DNA of 64,000 bases, taken from positions 310,001 through 374,000 of the forward strand of contig OZ025667.1 in assembly GCA_964019335.1 (NCBI GenBank), read 5' to 3'. Numbering within the stretch: position 1 is the stretch's first letter; every line of letters begins with the position of its first letter. The position numbers and the translations under genes were made by a program. Source of the DNA: Diplonema japonicum (lineage: Eukaryota > Protista > Euglenozoa: Diplonemea). Shown piece by piece: positions 50,810-63,122 of the stretch. The notes beneath the pieces are model-generated. The model was given only the letters and a program-made list of their open reading frames with translations, was not told the DNA's origin and ran no database searches.

Positions 50810-50897
50810 CAAACGTAGTGCATTGTTTGACTTGCGAAAGTTATATACTTACAGGAATGTGACATCAAAAAGAAAAAAGAAAGAAAATTGAGTTCGA

Positions 50898-52004
50898 ATG
50901 TTGCGACGTGGTTGGTGCGCACGGCGGTTTGCCGGCACAATCCCCGAGCAGTTCACGAGCATGGATCCCGCTGTAGTGCTGGGCCTTAATTCCAAAGCTA
51001 CGAGAAAAGAGGTATGTCTCAGCCCGCCGCAGTACCTTCAACACGACACAGGCAAGGAAGGCTTACTATAAGCTTGCTATGAAATACCACCCCGACAATG
51101 CTGAAACTGGCGACTCACAGGTCATGAACCTGGTGAACGCTGCTTACTCAAGGTGAGGTATGGTCGGGACATGCTTAGCTTTTGCAGGTACAATAGCGCT
51201 GACTACGCGGAAGAGAGAGAGGACTTTGAGACCGTGCGCACAGCTGGGATGAGCACGCGAGAGGCAGAGGCTAGAACAACAGGGGGATACGAAAAGAAAT
51301 CGGCGGATGAAGAACGGAAAATATGGCGTGAAAGGGAAAAAGCCCGACAGGAAGCAAAAGAGCGACTCAACAACAGGAAGAAAGCGCGGACAAGAAACAG
51401 GAGCAGGTTTCGATCCCTGGGTAATGAATGGAGGACCACCATGGGCCCGACAGTAGAAAGGTGCTTCCAGCGTACAGACGGAAAGTGGATCTACTTCATC
51501 AAAGGAGTTGTTTATGTGTCTGACTACCACACGCCTGCATTCAACTTGAACTACAGGTTGTACAGAAGCGGGTTTAGCCAGGAAGAGTTCTCGAAGCTTG
51601 GGCTCATACGGCTCGGTTCAAATGAGGAGCTGGCAAGGCAGATAGTTGAAGGCCAAGAAGAGAGGTTGTATGTTGAGCGAAGCATCCCCTTGAGGCACGA
51701 CGCAGAAACGAACGGTGTTGATCAGAGTAGCGACGTGCCGCAGCACATCGCTGCTAAGGTTTCTCACTTCACGAGGATCACTTGGCGCGATAGATACTTT
51801 GTTGAAGCGGCCATAGTGGCGTTTATTGTACTGTACACATTCTGCTCTTTTGCGGAATACTTCAGAGACGTAGCAACCTACGGGCGGGCTCATGTCTACA
51901 ACAAAGCGGGCTTTGTACTGACGCAACGGCGACAGAAACGTGACGATGACCTTAACGATGAAATCAAGGCGTTGGAAGCCCGTATCCTCGGGGCAGAAGA
52001 GTAG
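50898..52004 (+). CDS. DnaJ-domain protein with mitochondrial-type presequence and C-terminal TM helix
   Basis: MLRRGW...; VLGL...ARKAYYKLAMKYHPD...LVNAAYS; introns 51012-51051 and 51153-51187. Confidence 0.85.
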
Positions 52005-52057
52005 AATGCTTTATTCATTCCCTTGCTCAGTGCACACAGGAGATGTAATACACCAAC

Positions 52058-53265
52058 ATGGAGGACTTCAGTCCATTGCTACTGCTCGCGGATCTAGGTG
52101 TAGAGATGCTGCATGACGTGGTGACCTTGCACAACATGAGCCTAAGTACGGAGCGGGAGTCTGCAAGTCGTGAGAGCGTCGGCTACACGCCTGCGTTGCA
52201 GCTGCTTTGTGACAATGTAGTTGAAAGAAACGAAACGCTCTTGAAGAGCTCAGGCTCGTGTTCAGAGTTTAGTGGACTCCGGGAGCTGTATAGCAGTAGT
52301 CAGCAACCTGACATGAGGTTCTCTTGCGCTCTGTTGTTAACATCCACGAAGCGAGGGCTTGACGATGTGTGCATTGCAGGGAGGCGGTATAAAAAGAAGT
52401 TGCTCCCATTGCTGCCTCATACTCCCCCGATTGTCCCTTCTGTGGGTCGTAGCTCGAGAGCTGCATCCTCTGTCTGGTCGGAAAGAGCGAGATCGAAGGC
52501 AGATGAAGACGAATATTCATACAGTGAGTCATCAGAGTCATCAGCCAACAGCTCCACACACAAGCCCACGCAAAGTTCTACACACACCCCGAGACGCCGG
52601 TCACGTAATTCGGAGGGCACAGGCCTTTTGGCACCTCTCAAGAAGCGAGTAAGACATGTAAAAGTAAAATCTCCACAGGCAAAAGCGTCCCCACGGGCAA
52701 AAAGGAGCCTGATAGATACGGCGGAGCTACGTAAGTCACGTAACAATGCCAAGAAGCGGTGCCAGGCACTTCTCAAGAGGGAGCAGCAGCAACACAACAT
52801 GTATGGCTGTGCACTCACACACAACACCGACACAGGGTGCAGGAAGCCTTACGCGAAACAGAGCAGCTGCGGAGACAGGAAGAGGAACTGGCACGCAGCA
52901 ACAAAAAGGTATACTTATAGCACCACGCAATCTTGCAGGTGGTTCGCGAGGAGCTGTTCCATAAGTTCCTAGGCACGAGGTTTGACAATGCCAAAGGTGG
53001 AAGCAGCGCTTATGTGCAGCGTGAAGTGGAGACACGGCGCATGTACTGGCCCGTGCTACTCCCTACTCACCTTCCCAACAGGATGGAAGTGGTAAAGGAG
53101 CTGTGGCGTAGTGCGAGGTCTCTTGAGAAGAAGAACCTTATAAAGGACAAGAAAATGAACAAGCAGAAATTGCTCCCGTTGCAAGGAACAAGGAACTTCA
53201 CTGCTTTGGAAAACCCTGTTCCTCGCGTCTACGAGGCGCGCGGCAGGAAGCTCAACCCTCTTTAG
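52058..53265 (+). CDS. Hypothetical protein, Ser-rich/basic, coiled-coil C-terminus
   Basis: Introns 52801-52835, 52909-52938, 53043-53081 give a continuous frame. Confidence 0.65.
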
Positions 53266-53350
53266 CATTTCGTAGTAATAAGCTTTACAGCTGCTGCTTT
53301 AAGTCTTTTCCATGCACCCTATGAACACTTTTTCAACAGGCAGCCCCCAA

Positions 53351-53690
53351 ATGATACTCACGGCTCTCCGGTGGTTGGTGACAAATGCAGTGTCGCAGTC
53401 GGCACACCATTCAGATGCCTTTCTAATGGGTTACTTGACCTGCCTACTCGTATTGTGCTCGTTTCTTGGTCCCAATAGGTATGATGGTCTTTCTTTGTAC
53501 CTCCTGCAGTATAATAAGCAATACGCTGTCGATGATGCATATTTGGGTGCTAGCTGTTGCGGTGCTGATTGGTGTGAGCTACGTGGATCGACTGAATAGG
53601 GTGCGTGTGAGAAAGAAGCAGGAAGACATACTGAACAAGGGAGATGCGAGGGGTGCGACACAAGGGGGAGGGGGGCCAACATTGGATTAG
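53351..53690 (+). CDS. Small two-TM membrane protein
   Basis: Two hydrophobic segments joined by GTATG...CAG intron 53479-53509. Confidence 0.55.
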
Positions 53691-53774
53691 TTTTCCAGTC
53701 TTTCGTATTACTGAAGAAGAGTAGAAAAAAGAAAGTGCATGTAATAGTTTTGTGCCTGCATTTTTAACACAGCA

Positions 53775-54879
53775 ATGGGAATTCTCACACAAGAAATGAT
53801 AAAGGAATGCCTGCGAGACATAGGCATGACACCTGACGGCAGCAGCATGGCATACTTGAGGTGCGAGGCAGTGGACCTCAACCTCACAGACATTAGTAGC
53901 CTTGCATCATATGTAAACTTGCAGCATTTAGATCTCAGCGGGAATATGCTGGAGGACCTCAGGACACCGTTGGGAGATCTTAATAGCTTGCGAACGCTCG
54001 ATGCCAGCAGAAACAAAATACGGCTTATTAGGAACAGTGTTCCTGACACCTTCGCTCTGCAGGAATTGAATCTATCTAGAAATATGATAAATGCAATACC
54101 CGACATGTCGCGGCATAAGTACCTGCGCATCTTGCGGCTAGACAACAACCAGATCACCACCCTCTCGGGGTTGGAGGGGTTGACATCGCTGGTGGAGTTG
54201 TCGCTGAATGATAACTCGCTGTGCGACGTGTCAGGGCTACCAGCCAGTGTGCCCGTGCGAAGATTACTGTTAGCACGGAATGAAATCTGCACGCTGGTAG
54301 GTGTGAAGGCCATCTGCCGCACGTTGGAGGAGCTAGTACTTAGCAACAATGAGCTCTCTGTTGTGGAGGAGGTAGAGCACCTGTCGATCCTCACAAGACT
54401 AGAGATCGGCAGCAATCGGATTACATCGTTAGACGTTCTGAAGAATCTGAGCAAGCTTCAGAATCTGCGTCAGCTCGGCATTGACGGCAACCCTGTCTTC
54501 ACAGGCGATGGTGGGCTGTACAACGACAGCGACGATGACACTGACTCAGACATTGTGATCCCTGACTCGTCATCACCGCTCAAGAGACGCCTTTCTATCA
54601 CCGCCGACAGCTCTGTGTTAGGCCCTGTAATTGAGTCTGACACCTCTGCTATTAGTGCACACATCCTCAATAGATACAAGGTCATATGCCAGTTGCCCCA
54701 GTTGGCATCCCTCAATGACGAGCCTGTCACAAACAAAGACAAGATCAAGGTATGCCATCTCCGACCTTTGTTACAGACATAAACAGGCACAAAATGTCTT
54801 GAGTGCAGCCGATGTCGAATCTCGCACCAGCCTGGAGCACCAATTTCTTAACACTGCAGTGACGCCCATTCACTGCTAG
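53775..54879 (+). CDS. SDS22-like leucine-rich repeat protein (LRRC23/LRGUK-like)
   Basis: Repeated LxxLxLxxNxI; GNPV...YKVICQLPQLASLND LRRcap; intron 54750-54786. Confidence 0.85.
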
Positions 54880-54958
54880 TCATGTATATAAAGTTTTATT
54901 ATCTCCCCTCCTGTTCTTCCAACCTGTTCTTCTCAAGGAGCAAAGGAACATTGGTCAG

Positions 54959-56777
54959 ATGGATGACGTCAGGAACACGTCTTTTACCGGTTCCCTGTCA
55001 GGTTTGTCAGGCTCTCTGAAGAACCCGAAGGAGAAACGCAGAAGCAGGAGACGCACAATCGAAGGCGAACCGTCAGAGGGCAACATAACAGAACAGTTCC
55101 CAGAGGTGCCATCTTCTGAGAAAAGAGTAGAGAAGCCCATATGGTGCGCATATGGGAAGAGGGTTGGCAATATGCACATCACAAGGAACTATTTGTGCTG
55201 GGGCGGAATGGGAGAAACTGTAGTGCTCCATTTCGGGGAGATCACGTCGCTAGAGAAGGGTGGCACGATCATCGACTCCATTGAGATCAAGTGCAAGGCA
55301 CGTATCTCGTCGCCCTCCAGGTGTGCGGGTGACAAGTTGCATGACTATGGACCGGGTATCAGCACCTGCGCGGTGTGCGGTGCATCGCCATGTTGGAACC
55401 GTGGTTGCAAGAGGTGCAACTTGAGACTCTGTGAATCTTGCTTTAACGTTCATAAGGTATGCCTTGCAGGAGGCACAAATAAAATACTCGCAGAATTCGA
55501 CGAGCGACTCGATTGTAGTCCGCCATGTGTTTAAGCCTAGAGACCTCGACCGTGTTTACACAATTATCCACTCACTGTGGAAGGCGCACTTACGTATTCC
55601 AGTTGAAAAGCGTCAAGGTAGAGCAGTAGAACCCAGTGCTCCCAGCGCCCCTAGGCAGTCATCCGAAACTACAGAACTCGGTTCTGAGGGAGAAGATCAT
55701 CATGCAGACAGCAACGAGGAGGCTATGCTCCAGAAGCTGCCATATAATGCTAACGTATGCCACAGCTCAAGATTATAACTGTCACAGATTACAAAGGAGA
55801 TGTTCTCTGACCCGTCTGTCCCGAGGAAGAGCCCTTCGCCGGGAGTGCAAGAGGTCAGCTGTCCTTTGAGCAGAGTGTTCAAGGTTCTTATTGGGGATTC
55901 ATCTACATTTATCAAGAGCTATCATGACAAGAGGAAGGATGAGTCCTTTGAGAACGCGCCATGGACGCATGGCGAGAGCGGGAAAGCTAGCGGGACAAGA
56001 ATGATCACGTACATCACCAAAACCCCTCTCGGAAAAAAGAACATGTTTGAGGCGCAACGCTACTGGTGGACGCAGGACAGCATAACGATGCACTGCAGCA
56101 GTCAGGCACCTGATATCACATTCGGCTCGTCGTTCAGAACTGAAACACTTTTCGATTTCAGATTAGCCGGGGGAAAGGTTACAATATCTTCATGTTCTCA
56201 TGTGTTGTTCCTGAAGTCTGTGGGCTTGATGAGCGGCACGATTAAGAAGACGGCGGGCAGGACCTGCGACGACACGAACGCCATCTTCTGCCAAGACGCA
56301 GCGATCCTGCTGAAGCAGAAGGGTGGCGAAGTTACACCAGCACCGGAGCCAGAGGCTACGGTGGAAGTGGCTGAGAAGAAGAGCCTGTTGAGCAGGACGT
56401 GGGACATCGCGACTTGGTGGTGCATCATCACCCTTGTCTTGTGCATGACCGCTATTATCACAATCGCAACATCCTCCTTCACATCAGCTGTTGCTCTGAG
56501 CCTGCCACCGCTGGCTACCACTGCCGCGGAGATCCATGACCTAGCTAGAGTTAACAACGTGGGCTTCATATCCAGGCTACCTTCGCAAGAGCTTCTTGCT
56601 GCCACCGGTCTCGCTGCAGAGGAAGCCCTGCCAATCTTATACGACCTTCTTGCAAGAGAGGTGCTCCGTACACAGTGGATACAGCTGCTGTCTACTGTGG
56701 CCATGTTTCTTAGCGCAGTTATTGCGGTTCTTTGTATTCTCAAAAAGCTTTTTTCAACTCTACCTTCTTCTTCATGA
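54959..56777 (+). CDS. GRAM + VASt (Aster/LAM-type) lipid-transfer protein with C-terminal TM helices
   Basis: GNMHITRNYLCW...EITSLEK...SIEI...RVYTIIHSLW; VASt W...RMITY...APDITFGSSFRTE; introns 55457-55493 and 55755-55787. Confidence 0.8.
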
Positions 56778-56957
56778 TGAGCTCTTTCCTTCGCCCGATT
56801 TACTCAGCGGCAGATTGCTTCACTCCATCGATGGCTTCACAAATCCTAGCCCCGTCTGCGATTTCTCTGCTTCGAATTCGTAAAAGTTTAGTGGCATTTG
56901 CCCATCTTTTTTACTTCCCGCCAGCATTTGAACCGGCAGCACCTTACCACAGGTATC

Positions 56958-57740
56958 ATGTCGATTAAGAAGTTCGGGAAAGCGAGCAATGTGCTCGACA
57001 ACACGCTGATCCAGCAGACATCAGGGCTGCTCAGTAAAGACCAGTGGCTAAAGAAGTGCGAACAAGTGGAACAAGACCACGTTGCCGATCTGAAGAGACA
57101 GAGACAGCAGGAAGAAAAGAAGGAAGAGAAAGAGAAGAAGAGGAGAAAAAGGGACAAGAAAGTAATGAAGACGTCGAGTTTGAGCTTTGCTGATGGAGAG
57201 GGAGAAGGGGAAGGGGAAGAAGATGAGAGGGATACAAAGAAGGGGTTTGGGAAAGATCCATTGGTGGAGACGGCGTTTTTGGAGAGGGAGAAGATTGCGC
57301 GAGAAAAGAAAGAAGAAGAAGAACAGAGGGAGAAGCAGGTGAGGGAAACCATGCTTAGCAAGCAGCTGAAAGTGACCATCACAACAGGAGGGAAGCAGGG
57401 AGGGAAGCAGCACCACGTAGAAATGAGGTACGGTGACACTGTGTACGAGTTGCTGGCAAAGATCTACACAAATGACAAAGCGCTACAGACAGCCTTCTCT
57501 CCTGACGATGTACTGCTGCTTGCGAGCAACTTCGTCTTCCCCAACGGTACCGTTTTGTATGACGTGCAGAATGCAAAGGATTCTTGTGGAGACAAGATGA
57601 TCGACCTTTTTACCTGTAAGCCGCATGCTATCCTGCGTCGCTGGTACGTGTCCAAACAAGATAAGATGATGAAGCACGTTATCATGTACGATCCTCAGAA
57701 GAGCTACATCAAGGGTGAAGAGTACTACTCTGTGTGTTAG
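56958..57740 (+). CDS. FAM50: XAP5/FAM50-like spliceosome-associated protein
   Basis: QQTSGLLS, SLSFAD, FGKDPLVETAFL, RRWY. Confidence 0.7.
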   Translation: MSIKKFGKASNVLDNTLIQQTSGLLSKDQWLKKCEQVEQDHVADLKRQRQQEEKKEEKEKKRRKRDKKVMKTSSLSFADGEGEGEGEEDERDTKKGFGKDPLVETAFLEREKIAREKKEEEEQREKQVRETMLSKQLKVTITTGGKQGGKQHHVEMRYGDTVYELLAKIYTNDKALQTAFSPDDVLLLASNFVFPNGTVLYDVQNAKDSCGDKMIDLFTCKPHAILRRWYVSKQDKMMKHVIMYDPQKSYIKGEEYYSVC

Positions 57741-58080
57741 TTTAATCTTCCCTGATTGTAATGTCATTATTGTATTCTACAAGCATGCCTACAGCTTACA
57801 CAAATGACAAAGAGATGCATTGTTTTCAGGGCAGGAGATGTCGTACCGATACAGTAGGTGTCCCTAATCTTACCGATGAATGAGTTATGTAGCAGGTATC
57901 CCGTCTTTGACTAGCTACGTGCAACCTAACTACTGTAAGCGTCTCGAGACACACTTTTTAAGAAGAAAAGAAGGCTATGCTAACTAGACCCCTCGGTTTT
58001 AGAAATGTTCAAAGTTACCGCTTTGGTTTTCAGAAGAATTCAAAGAACCCCCTTTATTTTATATTAATGCTCAACAGGTA

Positions 58081-59140
58081 ATGGTGCAGGGGGTCACCAG
58101 GTTAAGCAGCGAGCAATTGCTGCGATTGCTGGCTACAAATGCACAGGACATATGCCTCTTGCGCATAGAGGTCGGTGTGCATGATGGGCCTTCGATTAAG
58201 GGGTCTGTGGTGGCAACCTTAGGCGACGTGAGTGGCGTGCGATGTGTGGGAGATGTTGAAGGCGGCATCCCCCTCGTGGACAGAATTGTGTTTAAAGCAA
58301 GGGAGTATTGCAGTATGATAGTCGTCTACAGCAGCAAGCGAGGTGACGAGGAGAAGCGGCTTATAGGCAAAGTGTGTAAGATTTTAGTGCGAGAAGATGT
58401 TGTTCCTTGTGTTGGCTACCTCAGCTCGTTCGTTGAGTTCAAATCCCACCGTCACATGCTGGAGTTGTCGCCCCCTGCTTTGTTGCGTGAAGGATCCAGC
58501 TCGTCTTTTAACTCCGAGTGTGATTCCCTGCCGTCTACACCACCTACACCCACACCCCTCTCATTGCACGATAGAAGACAGCGTGCTCACTCTGCGGTCT
58601 TCACAAACATGAATACGTCCAGCTCTTGCAAGTGCTCGCCTCCCACTTTGATCGTTGAGAACTTGTATCTGGGCAATGCACAGAATGCCGCTAACTCTGC
58701 ACAGCTCCAGCAGCTTGGCATCCAGCACGTTGTCAACGTGTCGACGGAGGTGCCCAACTTCCACGAAGGCAAGGTGGCCTACTCCACGTACCGTGTACCA
58801 GACACCGAAGAAAGCGCGCATCTCCTGCAGCAGCACTTCGAAGAGATCGTCGGCACCATCCGCTATTTGTTGGGTGCCAACAAGTCTGTCTTGGTGCATT
58901 GCTTTGTTGGCGTCAGTAGATCATGTGCAGTTGTCACTGGTATGATTTGTTTGCCATCACAGCACTGCAGCCTACCTGACGAGGGAACTCGGGTGGTCTG
59001 TCCCCGATGCCTTGTGTTATATAAAAGCGCGGCGTCCCATCGTTAACCCTAATGCAGGGCTATTGGTATGCACCCGGCTGTATCACCCTTCACAGAGAGC
59101 CCTCGATGAGTACGCATCTTGCGCAGTTGATGTATCATAG
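58081..59140 (+). CDS. Dual-specificity (MAPK-type) phosphatase with rhodanese-like N-terminus
   Basis: LYLGN, VLVHCFVGVSRS, AYL...RRPIVNPNAG; introns 58940-58970 and 59066-59095. Confidence 0.9.
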
Positions 59141-59376
59141 CTGTTCCATACAGCAGCTTTAGCTGCTTGTACAATAGTACAATAGTAACTTCGAGTGCGA
59201 TCCATGCCCAACGCACCTTGTGTTGCGGTGATGCTTTGCTCCTTGTGATTGTGGCGTTCCTAGTTGTAGCCTTACGGTATTTGGTGCCTCGTTACTAGTC
59301 TTCTTTTCTCTTGCTTCTGCTTTGGGTATTTTTATTTTTTACTCAATTTCTTTGCATTTATTACCTCCAGTTACAC

Positions 59377-61593
59377 ATGATTGATATCAAGGAGTGCCTT
59401 CTCGGTTCATGTGGAGCGAAGTATGAAGGCACTTGTAAGCGGCGCGAGCCATTTGTGTGCGACAGTGGTGTGTGCTATAGTGATGCACTGCAGGGGAAAG
59501 ACAGCAGTGTGTGGGTACCTCTAGAGAAACGACAACACGCGCTACTCGGGGCGTTGATCGGTGACACTTTGGGTGCAACAAGTAAGGATATGCACTACTC
59601 CAAGGCAGCGTTGTTGTGCGAGGAGCTTGTGCCCTGGCCTTTTGTTTCCGTTGGCGGCGGGCAACTGGGTGTACCTGCTAAGGGAATTAGCCACAATGGG
59701 ACACAAGCACTGGCACTATTGAAAGCATTTGAAACAGCCAAAGAACAGCCATCATTGCTGAAACAAGCAATCGTTGCAGAGCTCGGTAACTGGTACCCCT
59801 CAGTACACAGTTCATGCCTTGACACGAGCACGATGCTTAGTCTACACCAGTTGACAACGTCATCCACATCTGCCGACAGGCATATGCAAGTGGGGACAGA
59901 GGAATATCTTCGAAGGCCTAATATAGCAGATACAGGGGCACTGTCTCGCAACTGCATTATCCCCATTGTGGTTGATAACAAAATCAGCGCCATCACTACC
60001 ACAGTCACGCACTGTGTCACAACGCACGCTAGTCCGGTAGAAGTACTCTGCTGCGTCATCCACACGCTGCTTATCTATGACGCGCTGCATCTCTCGTGCG
60101 CGACAGTGACCAGTGAGTACCTCTCTACTCTTCTCCTGTCCAATGACGAAAACCAGTCCTCGTGGTGCCAGTGGAAGCACGAGCTGGAGGACGTAACGTG
60201 CCGGGCATGGCTAGAAGCGGTCCCTGATCTTAGGCGGCACGAAGAGCATGTCTACGCTGAGCTACGTGACGTGCAACACTTCAATCCCTACAGGCAGGCA
60301 GGTGCGTCCGAAGCAGATGTCCTATGGTGTTTTAAAGTTGCTTTATGGGCATTGTATTGGTCGCAGCAGGCCACCTTCCCTCCTGCACTGCGAGGGTGGG
60401 TACGGTGCAGGGATTACGATGTTCCAATTAAGTACAAAACTCGCATCCTGAAGGAACGCAAAATGGTCAAGGCAGGTCTCCTTGCTTCTGTAAAGCGTGA
60501 CCACCCTGGCGGTGAAACATGGAACCCTCTTGATGCTCTAGGCGGCTTTGATGCAATCATGTGGGTTGTGCTTTTGGGTGGCAATTCGTGTGCTTCGGGT
60601 ATGGTTGCTGGATCGCTCCTGTCAGCATACCACACCATTTCCCCGTCCATGTTACATGAGGTGAAGGTGAGCTGTGCTGCAAGTGAGTTATTGCGCCGTG
60701 CCGTTGGTGACGATAATGCAGCCCCCCTGAACGCCCCATCGTGGCTGAAGGCTGTGGAAGTTAAACTGGACCCCTTCGTCCGTATCGAGAATATAATGCC
60801 TTACTACCTTCCTGAGAGGGACGAGTATAAAGTGAACACCGACACAGTAACAACAGCGGCAGCCACTATGATGGACTTGTGTTTGAAGCTGCCACAGCAC
60901 CTTAGATACGAGCTGAGCAAGACAGTGTACTGTTCTGGTAAGATGGAGAGGAGACCAGATAATAATAATAATCATGCAGTTCCTGAAGAGAGGAGTGAAG
61001 GTGTGTTCATACAACGTGGGGAAGACCCGCTGAGCATGGTAAAAAAACTGTCCAATGACGGGCTTCGCCCGTGTGTCGTGTACTTGGCTGACCCTTCTGA
61101 AGTGATGGGTGCGTTCACAGATGATGCCAGTGTTGGTGATGAAAGCCAATTGTTGAAACGAACGACGGCAGGCCTTGCTCTGTGGAACAAGAGAGGGCGC
61201 CATGATGACAGGTGGGATGAGGTTATCAATCAAAAATTCCCAGTAACAGAACCCTACTGGCCGCTTGGGACATGTGCTACTGTGTACGTGCCTTATTGCT
61301 TCGTCTGTCGCGGGGCAGACTTCAGCCTACTTCATTCGAGCGAACGCGTGTGCACATCTGTAATACTGGTGGCGCACCACAAGCAGGACGACTGGGAGAT
61401 ATCAGAAGTAAGTATCATCCGACAGCGGATGCGAAACGTACTCAGGACTGCATCTACCAACAACCATAAGTCCATTCTACTCCCCACCTTTGGTTATTCT
61501 TGTTTGGAACACCTATCCGTGGATGGCGTCACAAACATGTGGCTTTCAGAAGCTTCTAACTTCTCCGAACTTAAGGCAGTTATTTTCACTTAA
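59377..61593 (+). CDS. ADP-ribosylglycohydrolase (ARH/DraG) fold fused to bacterial-type PARG (DUF2263/TIGR02452-like) domain, degenerate
   Basis: LLGALIGDTLG, TGALSR, TTH, GGNSCASGMVAGSLLSA; VVYLADP...DESQLLKRT, VYVP..FVCR, RMRNVLRTA...H.SILLPTFG. Confidence 0.75.
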   Translation: MIDIKECLLGSCGAKYEGTCKRREPFVCDSGVCYSDALQGKDSSVWVPLEKRQHALLGALIGDTLGATSKDMHYSKAALLCEELVPWPFVSVGGGQLGVPAKGISHNGTQALALLKAFETAKEQPSLLKQAIVAELGNWYPSVHSSCLDTSTMLSLHQLTTSSTSADRHMQVGTEEYLRRPNIADTGALSRNCIIPIVVDNKISAITTTVTHCVTTHASPVEVLCCVIHTLLIYDALHLSCATVTSEYLSTLLLSNDENQSSWCQWKHELEDVTCRAWLEAVPDLRRHEEHVYAELRDVQHFNPYRQAGASEADVLWCFKVALWALYWSQQATFPPALRGWVRCRDYDVPIKYKTRILKERKMVKAGLLASVKRDHPGGETWNPLDALGGFDAIMWVVLLGGNSCASGMVAGSLLSAYHTISPSMLHEVKVSCAASELLRRAVGDDNAAPLNAPSWLKAVEVKLDPFVRIENIMPYYLPERDEYKVNTDTVTTAAATMMDLCLKLPQHLRYELSKTVYCSGKMERRPDNNNNHAVPEERSEGVFIQRGEDPLSMVKKLSNDGLRPCVVYLADPSEVMGAFTDDASVGDESQLLKRTTAGLALWNKRGRHDDRWDEVINQKFPVTEPYWPLGTCATVYVPYCFVCRGADFSLLHSSERVCTSVILVAHHKQDDWEISEVSIIRQRMRNVLRTASTNNHKSILLPTFGYSCLEHLSVDGVTNMWLSEASNFSELKAVIFT

Positions 61594-61658
61594 TGTATTC
61601 TCGTTCGTTGCCTTTCACTTGTTTCACAACACCGCAGGAAGCAGGTTGGGTCGGGAAG

Positions 61659-63024
61659 ATGGATTTCGCGAGGATAGTCGTGTTAGATAATGTATGTTCT
61701 GTAGCGCAATGCAAGCCTCACAGGGAACTGGTGTAATTAAGGCAGGATTTGGTGGCGAGGACATGCCGAAATGCCTGCTGCAAAATATGTATGAATAATA
61801 TACGCAACAAACTACTCCGCAGCGTTGGGCGACCAAAGCACCCTGCTGTGATGCCAGGTGGGGCTATTCAGGGTGACACAACAGTAGGTGAAGCAGTGGA
61901 TCACCACAGAGGAGTCCTTCGGCTTAGTTACCCCATGGAACACGGGTATGTAGGCACAGTATTACGTAACACGCGAAAACAGACACGTGACTAACTGGAG
62001 CGATATGGAGGCTGTGTGGAATCACCTGTTCGGGATGCTTGACGTCTCCATTAAAGAGGTACACATGTATAGCGTCATTTAACACTCACAGCACCCTGTA
62101 TTGCTCACAGAGGCACCCCTCAACAGCCATGAAAATAAGGAAAAGGCGGCGGAAATCTTTTTTGAACAGTACCAAACACCGGCTCTCTTCTTCTCGGTGC
62201 AGGCAGTCCTTTCATTGTACGCTGCAGGAACTACAACAGGTATGCCGCGCTGCTCTGCGTTACTCAACAGGTGTGGTGGTCGATGTCGGTGATGGTGTGA
62301 CGCATGTGTGTCCCGTTTACGAGGGCTTTGTCATCCCTGGGGCTGTGGGCAGGAGCGATGTTGCAGGCAGAGATGTGACGCGGCAGCTGCAGCTACAGCT
62401 GAGACAGAGGGGCTATAACTTCACGACGTCTGCGGAACTCGAGATAGTACGGCAAATAAAAGAACAGCAGTGCTATGTCGCTTACATGCCCACGAAAGAG
62501 GAGGACCTTGTTAGGACGAAGAAATTCGACAGATCTGAGTATAGGCTTCCTGACGGCGGCAAGTTGCAACTCGCAGCAGAGCGTTTCCGACCACCTGAAG
62601 TCCTCTTCGACCCAAAGTTGATTGGCTCCGAGGAGATGGGTGTTGCGCAGCTTCTCTCCCACAGCCTAAAAAAGGTATCAATTATAACCCACACCACCAA
62701 ACCACTGCAGTGCGATATCGACGTCCGCAAAAACTTATTCACAAAAATGTTCATAAGCGGTGGCAGCACCCTCTTCAAGGGCTTCGGTGACCGTCTTCTG
62801 TCAGAGACCCGTAGGAGTCTGCCACGTGAGGTGATGTGCAAATTACATGCGCCCCCTGAGAGAAAGTACACAACGTGGCTCGGAGGTGCAATTCTTGCTG
62901 ACTTGACGGCTTTCAGAAAAATGATGATCACCGCCGAAACCTACAAGGTAGCTATGGGGAGAATCAAAAAATACAAGCACAGGACGAAGGTTCTAGATGC
63001 CTGCACAAACACGCTTTTTTCTAG
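61659..63024 (+). CDS. ACTR1: Actin-related protein 1 (centractin), 8 exons
   Basis: [64 protein letters not shown]. Introns 61692-61723, 61789-61822, 61946-61982, 62059-62091, 62240-62270, 62675-62710, 62948-62982. Confidence 0.9.
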
Positions 63025-63122
63025 TCTTCTCTTTCTTCCGTTAATCGTATCGACTTGGGTGGACAGTGCTGAGTGTGAATGTAGTTATTTTATTCAGCGC
63101 TTGAACGTTATCTCAGGTGACA

